The position numbers and the translations under genes are program-made. 64,000 bases of DNA, from assembly GCA_031581145.1 (NCBI GenBank), contig JAVLBP010000005.1, forward strand, positions 17,376 to 81,375, given 5' to 3'. How positions within the stretch are numbered: position 1 is the stretch's first letter; each line of letters opens with the position of its first letter. Positions 48,320-56,703 of the stretch are shown here, in pieces. Origin of the DNA: Balneolaceae bacterium. GTDB taxonomy: Bacteria; Bacteroidota; Rhodothermia; Balneolales; Balneolaceae. A model generated the notes under the pieces. It ran no database searches. It was not told the origin of the DNA and saw nothing but the letters and a program-made list of their open reading frames with translations.

Positions 48320-49153
48320 ATGATTGCGTCCATCCAGGTGTATTCGATGGATCATGCGCTGGCACAAAACGATGCTAGCGAGGTGGTACAGTTTCTTTCA
48401 AACGATGAGCTTAGCCAAGATTTATATCCCAGTGAGTCGCAAAATACTTCATCAACCAAGTCTATTCACACCAAGCGTTGGCGCGAAAAGGTAGCGTCAA
48501 GAAGTTGTCTAGTCAGAGCTGTTCAACGCATCTCCCAAGAGTATTCTATTTCAGACATCCTTTCGAATATCGATTACAAAGAAAACGGAAAGCCTTTTTT
48601 TAGGGAGTTACCCATTGATTTCAGCCTTTCTCATTCCCGTGGCATGGTAGCGGCAGTCGCCGTCCAAAAGGTCAATCATCGAGCTATTGGTATAGACCTC
48701 GAGGTTGATCCACGTCACTCCATTGAATCTTTCGCTAGGGTGTGTACACAAGAAGAGTGGTCTGAAATCCAATCGATGGAGTCTCCCGTTGCGCGAAAGT
48801 CTGCCTTTTTGAGACGATGGTGTGCCAAAGAGGCTTACGTGAAGGCGCTTGGCAAAGGGCTAGGGTATGGTTTTAAACATTTAGAGGTACGAAGGTCACC
48901 CGAACATGCACTAGAAGCCAATAATGGCCATTCGCATGCCGAAGCGTGGACTCTTACAGACAAAAAGCAGAAGTCACATCCAACGCACCCAATCTATACA
49001 TGGGAGATGGATTCGGCCACACAGGATGGAACTATTTGCATCAGCCTCGCCTATGCGATTCTATCAACGTCGTCTAGCCCAGCCCAGGATCCTCAAAGCC
49101 CAGTGCTAGAGTTTTTGATAAATGACGGACAGGGTCTCCCTGATTTCAAGTAG
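48320..49153 (+). CDS. 4'-phosphopantetheinyl transferase (Sfp/EntD type)
   Basis: 277 aa with FSLSHSRGMVAAV, GIDLEV and WCAKEAYVKALGKG. It starts 4 nt after the ctaA stop. Confidence 0.8.
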   Translation: MIASIQVYSMDHALAQNDASEVVQFLSNDELSQDLYPSESQNTSSTKSIHTKRWREKVASRSCLVRAVQRISQEYSISDILSNIDYKENGKPFFRELPIDFSLSHSRGMVAAVAVQKVNHRAIGIDLEVDPRHSIESFARVCTQEEWSEIQSMESPVARKSAFLRRWCAKEAYVKALGKGLGYGFKHLEVRRSPEHALEANNGHSHAEAWTLTDKKQKSHPTHPIYTWEMDSATQDGTICISLAYAILSTSSSPAQDPQSPVLEFLINDGQGLPDFK

Positions 49154-49447
49154 CTCTCTTTTAAGATCGCCAGGTAGTGTCTCTTTGGTATCAGGTTGAT
49201 GCTCACCTGAAGCAGAGGTTTTTTTCTCCAAAACCTTGAGTGCACCTTGGGTACTGTATCCTTTATGATGAATCAAATCTTGGAGTTCCAAGATTAAGGC
49301 GACATCTGATTCTCTGTATCGTCGAGCCCCAGATTTACCCTTCATGGGACTCAACTGAGGAAATACCGTTTCCCAGTATCGAAGGACATGAGCCTCGATC
49401 CCTGTCATTTTGCAGATCTCCCCAATAGAGTAGTACAATTTCTTCAT
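49106..49447 (-). CDS. MerR-family transcriptional regulator
   Basis: 113 aa with the N-terminal HTH YSIGEICKMTGIEAHVLRYWE...RRYRESDV. The 3' end overlaps the PPTase 3' end by 48 nt (convergent). Confidence 0.85.
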   Translation of the reverse strand: MKKLYYSIGEICKMTGIEAHVLRYWETVFPQLSPMKGKSGARRYRESDVALILELQDLIHHKGYSTQGALKVLEKKTSASGEHQPDTKETLPGDLKRELLEIRETLSVIYQKL

Positions 49448-49476
49448 AGAGCGGAAGTTATGTATTTTTAGCAGTT

Positions 49477-50445
49477 ATGAACAATGTGCCATCAAATCAT
49501 CAGACTGCCCATCAAACTGACCTAAGTCTGGTTATCCCCACATTTAATGAAGAGGACTCCATACATCCGCTTGTTGAAGAAATCCAGGCGGCGTTAGATC
49601 CATTGGGTAAAACGTATGAAGTGATCTTTGTGGATGATGGCTCCAATGATGCTACATGGTCTCATGTGGATGCTCTTTCAAAAGAGATTGATCAAGTAAA
49701 AGGGCTTCGGTTTCAGCGAAATCATGGGAAAAGTGCAGCGCTTCAAGAGGGGTTTTTCTATGCAGCGGGGCAATACATTGTAACGCTTGATGCAGATCTC
49801 CAGGATGATCCAGCAGAAATCCCCCACATGCTCACCCAGCTCCAGGAGGAAAAACAAGATCTAGTGAGTGGATGGAAGAAAAAGCGTCATGATCCCGTGT
49901 CCAAAACGATCCCTTCCAAACTATTTAACGGTGTAACTCGCCTTCTCACCGGGATCCATCTTCATGATTTCAATTGTGGATTGAAAATTTACCGCCGCGA
50001 GGTGATTGATGCTATTATCGTGTATGGCGAAATGCACCGATATGTCCCAGTATTAGCTCACAATGCTGGTTTCAAGAAGATTGGTGAACGAGTGGTCAAT
50101 CACCGTCCACGAGTCCACGGATCCACCAAATTTGGGGCTTCAAGATTTATTAATGGCTTTCTAGATTTGCTGACCCTTTTATTTATGAGTCGTTATACGG
50201 CTCGTCCCATGCACTTCTTTGGTGCGATTGGCATTGTCTCCATTGTGATAGGGGCCGTGATTAATCTATATCTAGCCTTCATTAAACTAGCTCTTGGTCA
50301 GTCCCTGCAAGATCGACCCTTACTGTTCCTCGGTTTCCTACTCCTCGTGGTCGGCGCACAGTTTTTCTCCATAGGATTCATTGGAGAGATGATCAATAAA
50401 GGATTTGTGCGCAAAAATCGCCCGGCAATTCGCGAGAGGCTGTAG
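49477..50445 (+). CDS. Glycosyltransferase family 2, polyprenyl-phosphate sugar transferase-like (ArnC/DPM1 type)
   Basis: 322 aa with LSLVIPTFNEEDSI, VDDGSNDAT, DADLQDD (DxD) and two C-terminal TM helices. Confidence 0.88.
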   Translation: MNNVPSNHQTAHQTDLSLVIPTFNEEDSIHPLVEEIQAALDPLGKTYEVIFVDDGSNDATWSHVDALSKEIDQVKGLRFQRNHGKSAALQEGFFYAAGQYIVTLDADLQDDPAEIPHMLTQLQEEKQDLVSGWKKKRHDPVSKTIPSKLFNGVTRLLTGIHLHDFNCGLKIYRREVIDAIIVYGEMHRYVPVLAHNAGFKKIGERVVNHRPRVHGSTKFGASRFINGFLDLLTLLFMSRYTARPMHFFGAIGIVSIVIGAVINLYLAFIKLALGQSLQDRPLLFLGFLLLVVGAQFFSIGFIGEMINKGFVRKNRPAIRERL

Positions 50446-50456
50446 AGTTTGGAGAG

Positions 50457-50531
50457 GGAGCCCAATGGGATTCGAACCCACGACCTTCGCGGCCACAACG
50501 CGACGCTCTAACCAGCTGAGCTATGGGCTCC
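50457..50531 (-). tRNA. tRNA-His (anticodon GTG) with encoded G-1
   Basis: Hand-folded minus strand: G(-1) GAGCCCA TA GCTC AGCTGGTTA GAGC G TCGCG TTGTGGC CGCGA AGGTC GTGGG TTCGAAT CCCAT TGGGCTC C. G-1 pairs with C73, as expected for bacterial tRNA-His. No encoded CCA. Confidence 0.9.
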
Positions 50532-50630
50532 ATGCGCATCCATGCTTTTTCGTGATGATATGTGATTTATGAACTCGATTCATAAACACTATATATACAC
50601 TCATGGACTGGACCCAACATTGAATCGTTG

Positions 50631-50702
50631 TACCGCGTACGGGATTCGAACCCGTGCTACCGCCGTGAAAGGGCGGCGTCCTAACCACTAGACGAACGCG
50701 GC
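50631..50702 (-). tRNA. tRNA-Glu (anticodon TTC)
   Basis: Minus strand reads GCCGCGT TC GTCT AGTGGTTAGGAC G CCGCC CTTTCAC GGCGG TAGC ACGGG TTCGAAT CCCGT ACGCGGT A. The cloverleaf closes. No encoded CCA. Confidence 0.9.
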
Positions 50703-50723
50703 ATATTCTTAAGGGCCTACAAG

Positions 50724-50794
50724 AGGCGACAAGCGGATTCGAACCGCTGTACGAGGTTTTGCAGACCTCTGCCTAACCACTCGGCCATGTCGCC
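50724..50794 (-). tRNA. tRNA-Cys (anticodon GCA)
   Basis: Minus strand reads GGCGACA TG GCCG AGTGGTT AGGC A GAGGT CTGCAAA ACCTC GTAC AGCGG TTCGAAT CCGCT TGTCGCC T. The U73 discriminator is typical of tRNA-Cys. No encoded CCA. Confidence 0.9.
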
Positions 50795-50814
50795 ATAAAA
50801 CCTCAGCACTCTCG

Positions 50815-50888
50815 TACGCCCGACAGGACTCGAACCTGTAACCTACTGCTTAGAAGGCAGTTGCTCTATCCAGTTGAGCTACGGGCGC
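50815..50888 (-). tRNA. tRNA-Arg (anticodon TCT)
   Basis: Minus strand reads GCGCCCG TA GCTC AACTGGATA GAGC A ACTGC CTTCTAA GCAGT AGGTT ACAGG TTCGAGT CCTGT CGGGCGT A. All four stems pair. No encoded CCA. Confidence 0.9.
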
Positions 50889-51099
50889 AAGGTTTGTCCC
50901 TTTCTAATATTGATCCTCAAAGAGGGTCCCACAATGCCAAAGATCCAAGGAAAGTTTTTGGAAAAACGACAATTTTATCCGGCCGTTTCCTAATTCTTTC
51001 ACAGAATGGATAAAGATAGCGAGAAAGTTCCAATGTTTGCAACGTCAGTTTTGGTTTTCTGACCCTTCCAAATCACCCGGTGAGGTGCTCAAAACCCTG

Positions 51100-51543
51100 T
51101 TACGTCGATTGTGGTGCTGCTTCTTGCAGGATCCACTTTCGATTGTGATTCAACACGAAGGATCCAATAAACTCCATCCCTTTTTTTTCGCCCCATTCAC
51201 CAGGGGTAATCATCGATAAAAAGGGTTTTCCTTTTTCGCCACCACGGTCATATAAATAATAGATTTGCCCAATCACAGGCTCAAAATTAAACTCAGCAGC
51301 ATACACTAGCTCATTCCACCTATGCTCCTCAACTAGTTTGATATATTGATCCTCGAGCTCTTTAAATCGGCTTTTTAGCTCTTTGTTGACCATCATGGTC
51401 CCTTGTTCCTTCCACCCGCTAATGTTGTCTAGCTTTATGGCAGGTGCCCCTACACTCGTTCCATAGGGAAGAACAGCAGCGTTATAGCCCTTCTCATCGT
51501 CGTGTACGACAGAGTCAGGTTTCTTTTTCTTATTCTCTTTCAA
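51100..51543 (-). CDS. Hypothetical protein
   Basis: 147-aa ORF (TTG start in the track) with a Lys-rich N-terminus and no recognised motif. Coding is supported only by ORF length and the absence of a competing gene. Confidence 0.6.
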   Translation of the reverse strand: MKENKKKKPDSVVHDDEKGYNAAVLPYGTSVGAPAIKLDNISGWKEQGTMMVNKELKSRFKELEDQYIKLVEEHRWNELVYAAEFNFEPVIGQIYYLYDRGGEKGKPFLSMITPGEWGEKKGMEFIGSFVLNHNRKWILQEAAPQST

Positions 51544-51665
51544 GGACGTTGAATCTTTTTAATGCCTAATGCGTAAAATTTGTCAAAACAAAAGGTCATA
51601 TTATCAACTCTACAAACGAGTCGTAGCATTAAATCGTTTGATTCCCAACAAACACTCTACTGACA

Positions 51666-52466
51666 ATGAATAATCACGAAATTGACTTTGAAATATTTGG
51701 CGACGATATGCAATGTGTTGCCATTGAGTTAGATCCACAAGAAACCGTCATTGCAGAAGCAGGATCGATGATGTCGATGGATCCCGAGATTGAGATGAAT
51801 ACCATATTTGGCGATGGCCGTAATCAAGAATCGAGTATTCTTGGCAAAATGTGGTCTGCAGGCAAGCGTGTCCTCACGGGTGAATCCCTATTTATGACAA
51901 CCTACACGCATCAGGGGCCAGGAGGTAAACGTCGTGTAACATTTGCAGCGCCCTATCCAGGCAAAATCCTTTCTATGGATTTGTCGGAGCATAATGGCAA
52001 GGTGATTTGTCAGAAAGATTCCTTTTTGTGTGCAGCTCAAGGGGTGGCTGTTGGCATTGAGTTTCAAAAACGACTTGGCACAGGCTTTTTTGGAGGCGAA
52101 GGATTTATCATGCAGAAGCTAGAAGGCGATGGAATGGCCTTCATTCACGCGGGAGGAACTCTCCTGAAGCGAAGTCTAGCCCCAGGCGAAACACTCAGAG
52201 TGGATACGGGGTGCCTTGTCGCACTTGAGTCATCTGTGAATTATGACATTCAGTTTGTGGGTGGAATCAAAAACACGTTGTTTGGAGGTGAAGGGGTCTT
52301 TTTCGCGTCCGTCACGGGTCCCGGAAATGTATGGATTCAGAGCCTGCCCTTCACCCGACTAGCCGAACGCGTAGTAAGGGCTCTACCAAATACAGGTGGC
52401 TCAACAAAAGGGGAAGGATCCGCCCTCGGTGGGTTGGGACGAATCCTTGATGGGGATAATTACTAA
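51666..52466 (+). CDS. TIGR00266 / AIM24 (DUF124) family protein
   Basis: 266 aa. The N-terminus reads [34 protein letters not shown], followed by [21 protein letters not shown] and [20 protein letters not shown], all typical of this family. Confidence 0.8.
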   Translation: MNNHEIDFEIFGDDMQCVAIELDPQETVIAEAGSMMSMDPEIEMNTIFGDGRNQESSILGKMWSAGKRVLTGESLFMTTYTHQGPGGKRRVTFAAPYPGKILSMDLSEHNGKVICQKDSFLCAAQGVAVGIEFQKRLGTGFFGGEGFIMQKLEGDGMAFIHAGGTLLKRSLAPGETLRVDTGCLVALESSVNYDIQFVGGIKNTLFGGEGVFFASVTGPGNVWIQSLPFTRLAERVVRALPNTGGSTKGEGSALGGLGRILDGDNY

Positions 52467-52519
52467 GGCTGCAGGCTGAATGACCTGTCAGAGATGGCCC
52501 GTAATGTTAACCGCAGTCG

Positions 52520-53599
52520 TTATATCTCGTAGGTATGGTATGTCCCTTCCATGCCTTTGATCGATACGCTCACGGTAGGATCCTCCGCATTGCTCCAGTC
52601 TATTTCGATGAGCCCGTAGTTAATATCAATCACTTTGTCGGTAACCGCACGGCTGTTGGTTTCATCAAATAAACGACTCCAAGTGTTAGTGAGGCCACTG
52701 GAGGTCACATCAACCAGTGGGTCAGCCCAACCCTCAAGATCTTCCACAGAAATTTCACCTGCATGGCGGTCCCCTGAGATGATAAAGGCATTTTTTGGTT
52801 GCTTCTCAGCAAGCAGATCATAAAAACGCTGCAACTCATTAGGGAAATTGGCCCATTTTTCGAATCGATGCTCTGCGGCAATTACTTGAATCGAACTCAC
52901 AATCACGGTGACATCTGCCTCTGGATCTTCCAGTTGACGTTCGAGCCATGCCCACTGCTCTTCTCCAAGAAGTGTGCCATCCTCATTCGGAAGATAGGTT
53001 GCGTTCTCACCTGACGTACGCTCAATGGGATCACGGAACCAGCGTGTATCCAATAAAATCACTTTTACTCGTCGATCTTCGGGACCATAATCATAGCTTC
53101 GGTGTGTTCCAGCACGAGATTGAGAAGGGTCATCATCTGATACACCCAAGAACCGATACATCTCAGCCTTGGCAAGCTCTTTTGCAGGATATTCCACGCC
53201 ACCATCATTCACCCCATAGTCATGATCATCCCATGTACCCGTCAGAAATGGCACAGACTCCACAAAGGATGCATAGTCCGTATTGGCCAGTTGGAGGTCA
53301 TATGTTTCACGAAATTTCACAGGGTCTTCGGTATCGGCATACACATTATCACCTGTCCAAATCCAAAGATCCGGGTCTTCTTGAGCAATGACAGGCCATA
53401 GCGGTTGTTCCTTTTGTTCTGAATTGCACGAACCAAACGCAATCACATCAATCACTTGATCTGTGACCATCATGTCTGATTGCGGGCTGAGTGACGGAAT
53501 TTTCGTTGTTGCTTCAGAGGCACCATCACCACCACCTGTACATGACAATAGCGTAAGTGAAAAAGAAAGTATCAGTATAGTTTTTAGAGTTTGATTCAT
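52520..53599 (-). CDS. PhoD-like alkaline phosphatase / metallophosphatase lipoprotein
   Basis: 359 aa with a lipobox (SLTLLSC), GDNVYAD, WDDHDYGVNDGG and SGDRHAGE. Confidence 0.85.
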   Translation of the reverse strand: MNQTLKTILILSFSLTLLSCTGGGDGASEATTKIPSLSPQSDMMVTDQVIDVIAFGSCNSEQKEQPLWPVIAQEDPDLWIWTGDNVYADTEDPVKFRETYDLQLANTDYASFVESVPFLTGTWDDHDYGVNDGGVEYPAKELAKAEMYRFLGVSDDDPSQSRAGTHRSYDYGPEDRRVKVILLDTRWFRDPIERTSGENATYLPNEDGTLLGEEQWAWLERQLEDPEADVTVIVSSIQVIAAEHRFEKWANFPNELQRFYDLLAEKQPKNAFIISGDRHAGEISVEDLEGWADPLVDVTSSGLTNTWSRLFDETNSRAVTDKVIDINYGLIEIDWSNAEDPTVSVSIKGMEGTYHTYEI

Positions 53600-53714
53600 G
53601 ATCGTTCAGGGGCTAAGGCTGTAGTTTGCTTCTTTTTATGCACATAATGATAAAGTAATATCTATCTACGATGTTGATGTTACTCAATCATTAATCTTTT
53701 TTCCCATCAATTCA

Positions 53715-54626
53715 ATGAAACGAAAAACATTTCTATCATCTGTCGTTTCTTCCATGGGTCTTCTAGCAACATCAAGCCTCCTTCCAGAGAAAGTGTTCGG
53801 TGTTGATCAACAATCATCGACTCAAGGCACTCCTGTATTACGAATTCTTCACATGACAGATGTGCATATTACTCCAGAAGCTAGTCCAAGATTCAAAGCC
53901 TTAATCCGACATATTTTAGCAAATCATCAGATTGATTTCGTGCTAAATGGAGGTGATAGCATTATGGCAGCCGATTATAGCGACATCACGGAAGAGCGTG
54001 TCGACAATTTGTGGGCAGCATGGCATGATTGCATCAAAGAATTTGGGAATCGTGAAATCCATAGCGTCATTGGGAATCACGATCCTTGGTGGGCTAGCCC
54101 TGACAAGTCACATGAAAAATATGGGAAGGACTATGTTGTCAAACAATTAGCCGTGCCCAATACGTATTACTCTTTTGATCGCAATGGTTGGCATTTTATC
54201 ATGCTTGATGGCAATCATGAGGGGATTTCTTTAGGTGATGAGCAGATGGAGTGGTTAGAGGGCGAACTGGCCGCATTAGAGCCGGGCACTCCAACATTGT
54301 GCATGTCCCATTATCCAGCATTGGGAGTTGGACCACATTTTGTTGGGGGGCTTCATAAAGACTTCAAAGAGCTCAAAAATCTGTTCTATAAGTATCGAGA
54401 CTGTGTCCGAGGATTTTTGAGTGGTCATAATCATTTAGATGACTATGCTGTATACAATGGTGTTCAGTATTGTTGTAATGGTTCAATTTCTGGTTTTTGG
54501 TGGGGCGAGGGTGATGATGCTTCCGCTGGGCCTTACTACTATTTGGAAACTCCTCCAGGCTATGCCATCATAGAATGTTACAGTGACGGAAGCTTTACCA
54601 ACCAGTATATCCCTCACACGTTTTAA
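53715..54626 (+). CDS. Secreted calcineurin-like metallophosphoesterase
   Basis: 303 aa with a signal segment and the motifs LHMTDVHI, NGGDS, GNHD and SGHNH. Confidence 0.85.
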   Translation: MKRKTFLSSVVSSMGLLATSSLLPEKVFGVDQQSSTQGTPVLRILHMTDVHITPEASPRFKALIRHILANHQIDFVLNGGDSIMAADYSDITEERVDNLWAAWHDCIKEFGNREIHSVIGNHDPWWASPDKSHEKYGKDYVVKQLAVPNTYYSFDRNGWHFIMLDGNHEGISLGDEQMEWLEGELAALEPGTPTLCMSHYPALGVGPHFVGGLHKDFKELKNLFYKYRDCVRGFLSGHNHLDDYAVYNGVQYCCNGSISGFWWGEGDDASAGPYYYLETPPGYAIIECYSDGSFTNQYIPHTF

Positions 54627-54654
54627 TGACGTCAAAATTTAATGACGTCAAAAT
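54623..54654. repeat. Perfect 16-nt tandem duplication carrying two TGACGTCA palindromes
   Basis: ttaatgacgtcaaaat occurs at 54623..54638 and again at 54639..54654. This fills the gap between the convergent stops at 54624..54626 and 54661..54663. The octamers at 54627..54634 and 54643..54650 can pair as an 8-bp stem. Confidence 0.9.
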
Positions 54655-54660
54655 CCTACA

Positions 54661-55050
54661 TCATGCCTTTGGATTGGACGACTTAAACAGGGGTGAGCTT
54701 ATCACCATATTGGCGGTAGTGCGGTTGCATGCTAAGGGGACATTATACAAAATGCAGATGCGTAACAGCGCTTTGACGTCCACATCGTGTGGTTGCGCAG
54801 CAAGTGGGTCCCAAAAAAAGATAACGGCATCAATCTGCCCATCGGCAATATCACTCCCTATCTGCATATCCCCACCATAGGGACCACTCTTGTATCGGTG
54901 AATGTCAAGATCGGTGGCCTCATTGATAAGCTTCCCAGTGGTACCCGTTGCAAAAAGTTTAAAGGTAGAGAGTGTAAGTTTGTTGTATTCAGCCCACTCA
55001 AGTAAATCTTGTTTTTTGTTGTCGTGAGCAATGAGGGCAACAGCTTTCAT
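54661..55050 (-). CDS. mgsA: Methylglyoxal synthase
   Basis: 129 aa with ALIAHDNKK, ATGTTG, SGPYGGDMQIG and FFWDPL..QPHDVDVKALLR. Confidence 0.95.
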   Translation of the reverse strand: MKAVALIAHDNKKQDLLEWAEYNKLTLSTFKLFATGTTGKLINEATDLDIHRYKSGPYGGDMQIGSDIADGQIDAVIFFWDPLAAQPHDVDVKALLRICILYNVPLACNRTTANMVISSPLFKSSNPKA

Positions 55051-55125
55051 GATACACTTGGACGTTGTTGGGTCAGGTTGGTTCTAAAACTAGGTTATAG
55101 TATACTGAATCATTCACCCTGAAAC

Positions 55126-56688
55126 ATGAGTACTCCTATGAACACACGATTAAATTCTCTACTGAAATTCTCTTTTCTTTGCCTCGTCATGAGCCTCATA
55201 GCCATGCCAACATGGGCCCAAGCCGATCAGTCAGTCCATGCACAAGCGAGTGCATCCAAAGATCATGACGATCATATCCCTTTTGACCCTGATCATGCCA
55301 TTGAAAGTGAGCATGAAGTCACCATTCTGGGCGAAAACGTACCCTACAAAGCCACCACAGGAATGATGCCAGTGTGGGATGAAGATGGACAGGTTGAAGC
55401 AGGGGTGTTTTACGTGTACTACGAGCGGACGGATGTGGAGGACAAGACCACACGCCCCATTGTCTTTTCGTTTAATGGAGGTCCTGGTTCGGCTTCGTTG
55501 TGGATGCACCTTGGGTACACGGGGCCAAGGATTCTCCATATTGATGATGAAGGGTATCCACTTCAACCCTATGGTGTGAAGGACAATCCCTACAGTATCC
55601 TAGATGTTGCTGATATTGTGTTTGTAGACCCTGTAAACACGGGATTTAGCCGCATTGTGGATGAGGACGTTCCCCGCGATCGTTTTTTTAGTGTGAATGG
55701 GGATGTGAAATACTTATCAGAATGGGTGAGCAATTTTACGTCACGCCAAGGACGGTGGGCGTCGCCTAAGTATCTAATTGGAGAGAGTTATGGCACCGTT
55801 CGTGTTTCGGGTATGGCGCTTGCGCTTCAGCAGCGTGAGTGGATGCACCTCAATGGAGTGGTACTTGTCTCACCGACAGATTTGGGGATCTCTCGTGATG
55901 GGCCAGTCGAAGCTGCAAACTATCTACCCTATTATGCTGCCACGGCGTGGTATCATGAGCAGCTTGCCCCAGCTCATCAAAATCGTCCCTTAACTGAGTT
56001 TTTAGCCGAGGTTGAGGCGTTTACAATTGATGAATTGCTTCCAGCCATGGCCAAAGGAGCTACCATGCCAGAGGAGACGCGTCAGGCGATGGCTGCTCAA
56101 ATGGAAGATTATACGAGCATTGATGCCAAAACATATCTTCAACATAATCTTGCCATGCCCACTTCCTATTTCTGGAAAGAATTGCTTCGAGATGAAGGAT
56201 ACACGGTGGGTCGGCTTGATTCGCGCTACAAGGGAATTGATGGTAAAGAGGCAGGTGATCGCCCCGATTACAACGCAGAACTTTCCTCGTGGGAACACGC
56301 TTTTACCCCAGCGATCAACATTTATCTGCGTGACGAACTGGGCTATTCCACCGACTTAAAATACAATGTCTTTGGGCCTGTGTACCCTTGGGATCGTAGC
56401 GGCAATAATACTGGGGCAAATTTACGCTTAGCCATGGCGGAGAACCCTTACCTCCATGTCTTGACCCAAGCAGGATATTATGATGGAGCGACAGATTACT
56501 TTAATGCAAAATTCAACATGTGGCATCTTGACCCAAGTGGAAAGATGAAAGACCGACTCTCTTTTGAAGGGTATGAAAGTGGACACATGATGTATTTGCG
56601 CTATGATGATTTACGCGCAAGCAATCAGAGCCTCCGTGAGTTCATCAAGCGTACCATTCCGGCAGCGGATGAACCCGCGAAGTATTGA
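55126..56688 (+). CDS. Peptidase S10 family serine carboxypeptidase (secreted)
   Basis: 520 aa with a signal peptide, FSFNGGPGSASLW and the catalytic serine context GESYG. Confidence 0.88.
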   Translation: MSTPMNTRLNSLLKFSFLCLVMSLIAMPTWAQADQSVHAQASASKDHDDHIPFDPDHAIESEHEVTILGENVPYKATTGMMPVWDEDGQVEAGVFYVYYERTDVEDKTTRPIVFSFNGGPGSASLWMHLGYTGPRILHIDDEGYPLQPYGVKDNPYSILDVADIVFVDPVNTGFSRIVDEDVPRDRFFSVNGDVKYLSEWVSNFTSRQGRWASPKYLIGESYGTVRVSGMALALQQREWMHLNGVVLVSPTDLGISRDGPVEAANYLPYYAATAWYHEQLAPAHQNRPLTEFLAEVEAFTIDELLPAMAKGATMPEETRQAMAAQMEDYTSIDAKTYLQHNLAMPTSYFWKELLRDEGYTVGRLDSRYKGIDGKEAGDRPDYNAELSSWEHAFTPAINIYLRDELGYSTDLKYNVFGPVYPWDRSGNNTGANLRLAMAENPYLHVLTQAGYYDGATDYFNAKFNMWHLDPSGKMKDRLSFEGYESGHMMYLRYDDLRASNQSLREFIKRTIPAADEPAKY

Positions 56689-56703
56689 GAAAAAATAGTG
56701 TGA

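Noticed and set aside
50457-51100. tRNA cluster as the attachment site of a genomic island or prophage
   Set aside because: No integrase, no duplicated tRNA 3' fragment and no compositional shift are visible. The flanking genes (a GT2 and a small conserved-looking ORF) are ordinary.
54626-55040. ORFs 54626..54880(+), 54787..55005(+) and 54858..55040(-)
   Set aside because: They overlap the clearly recognisable methylglyoxal synthase gene on the opposite strand or in another frame.
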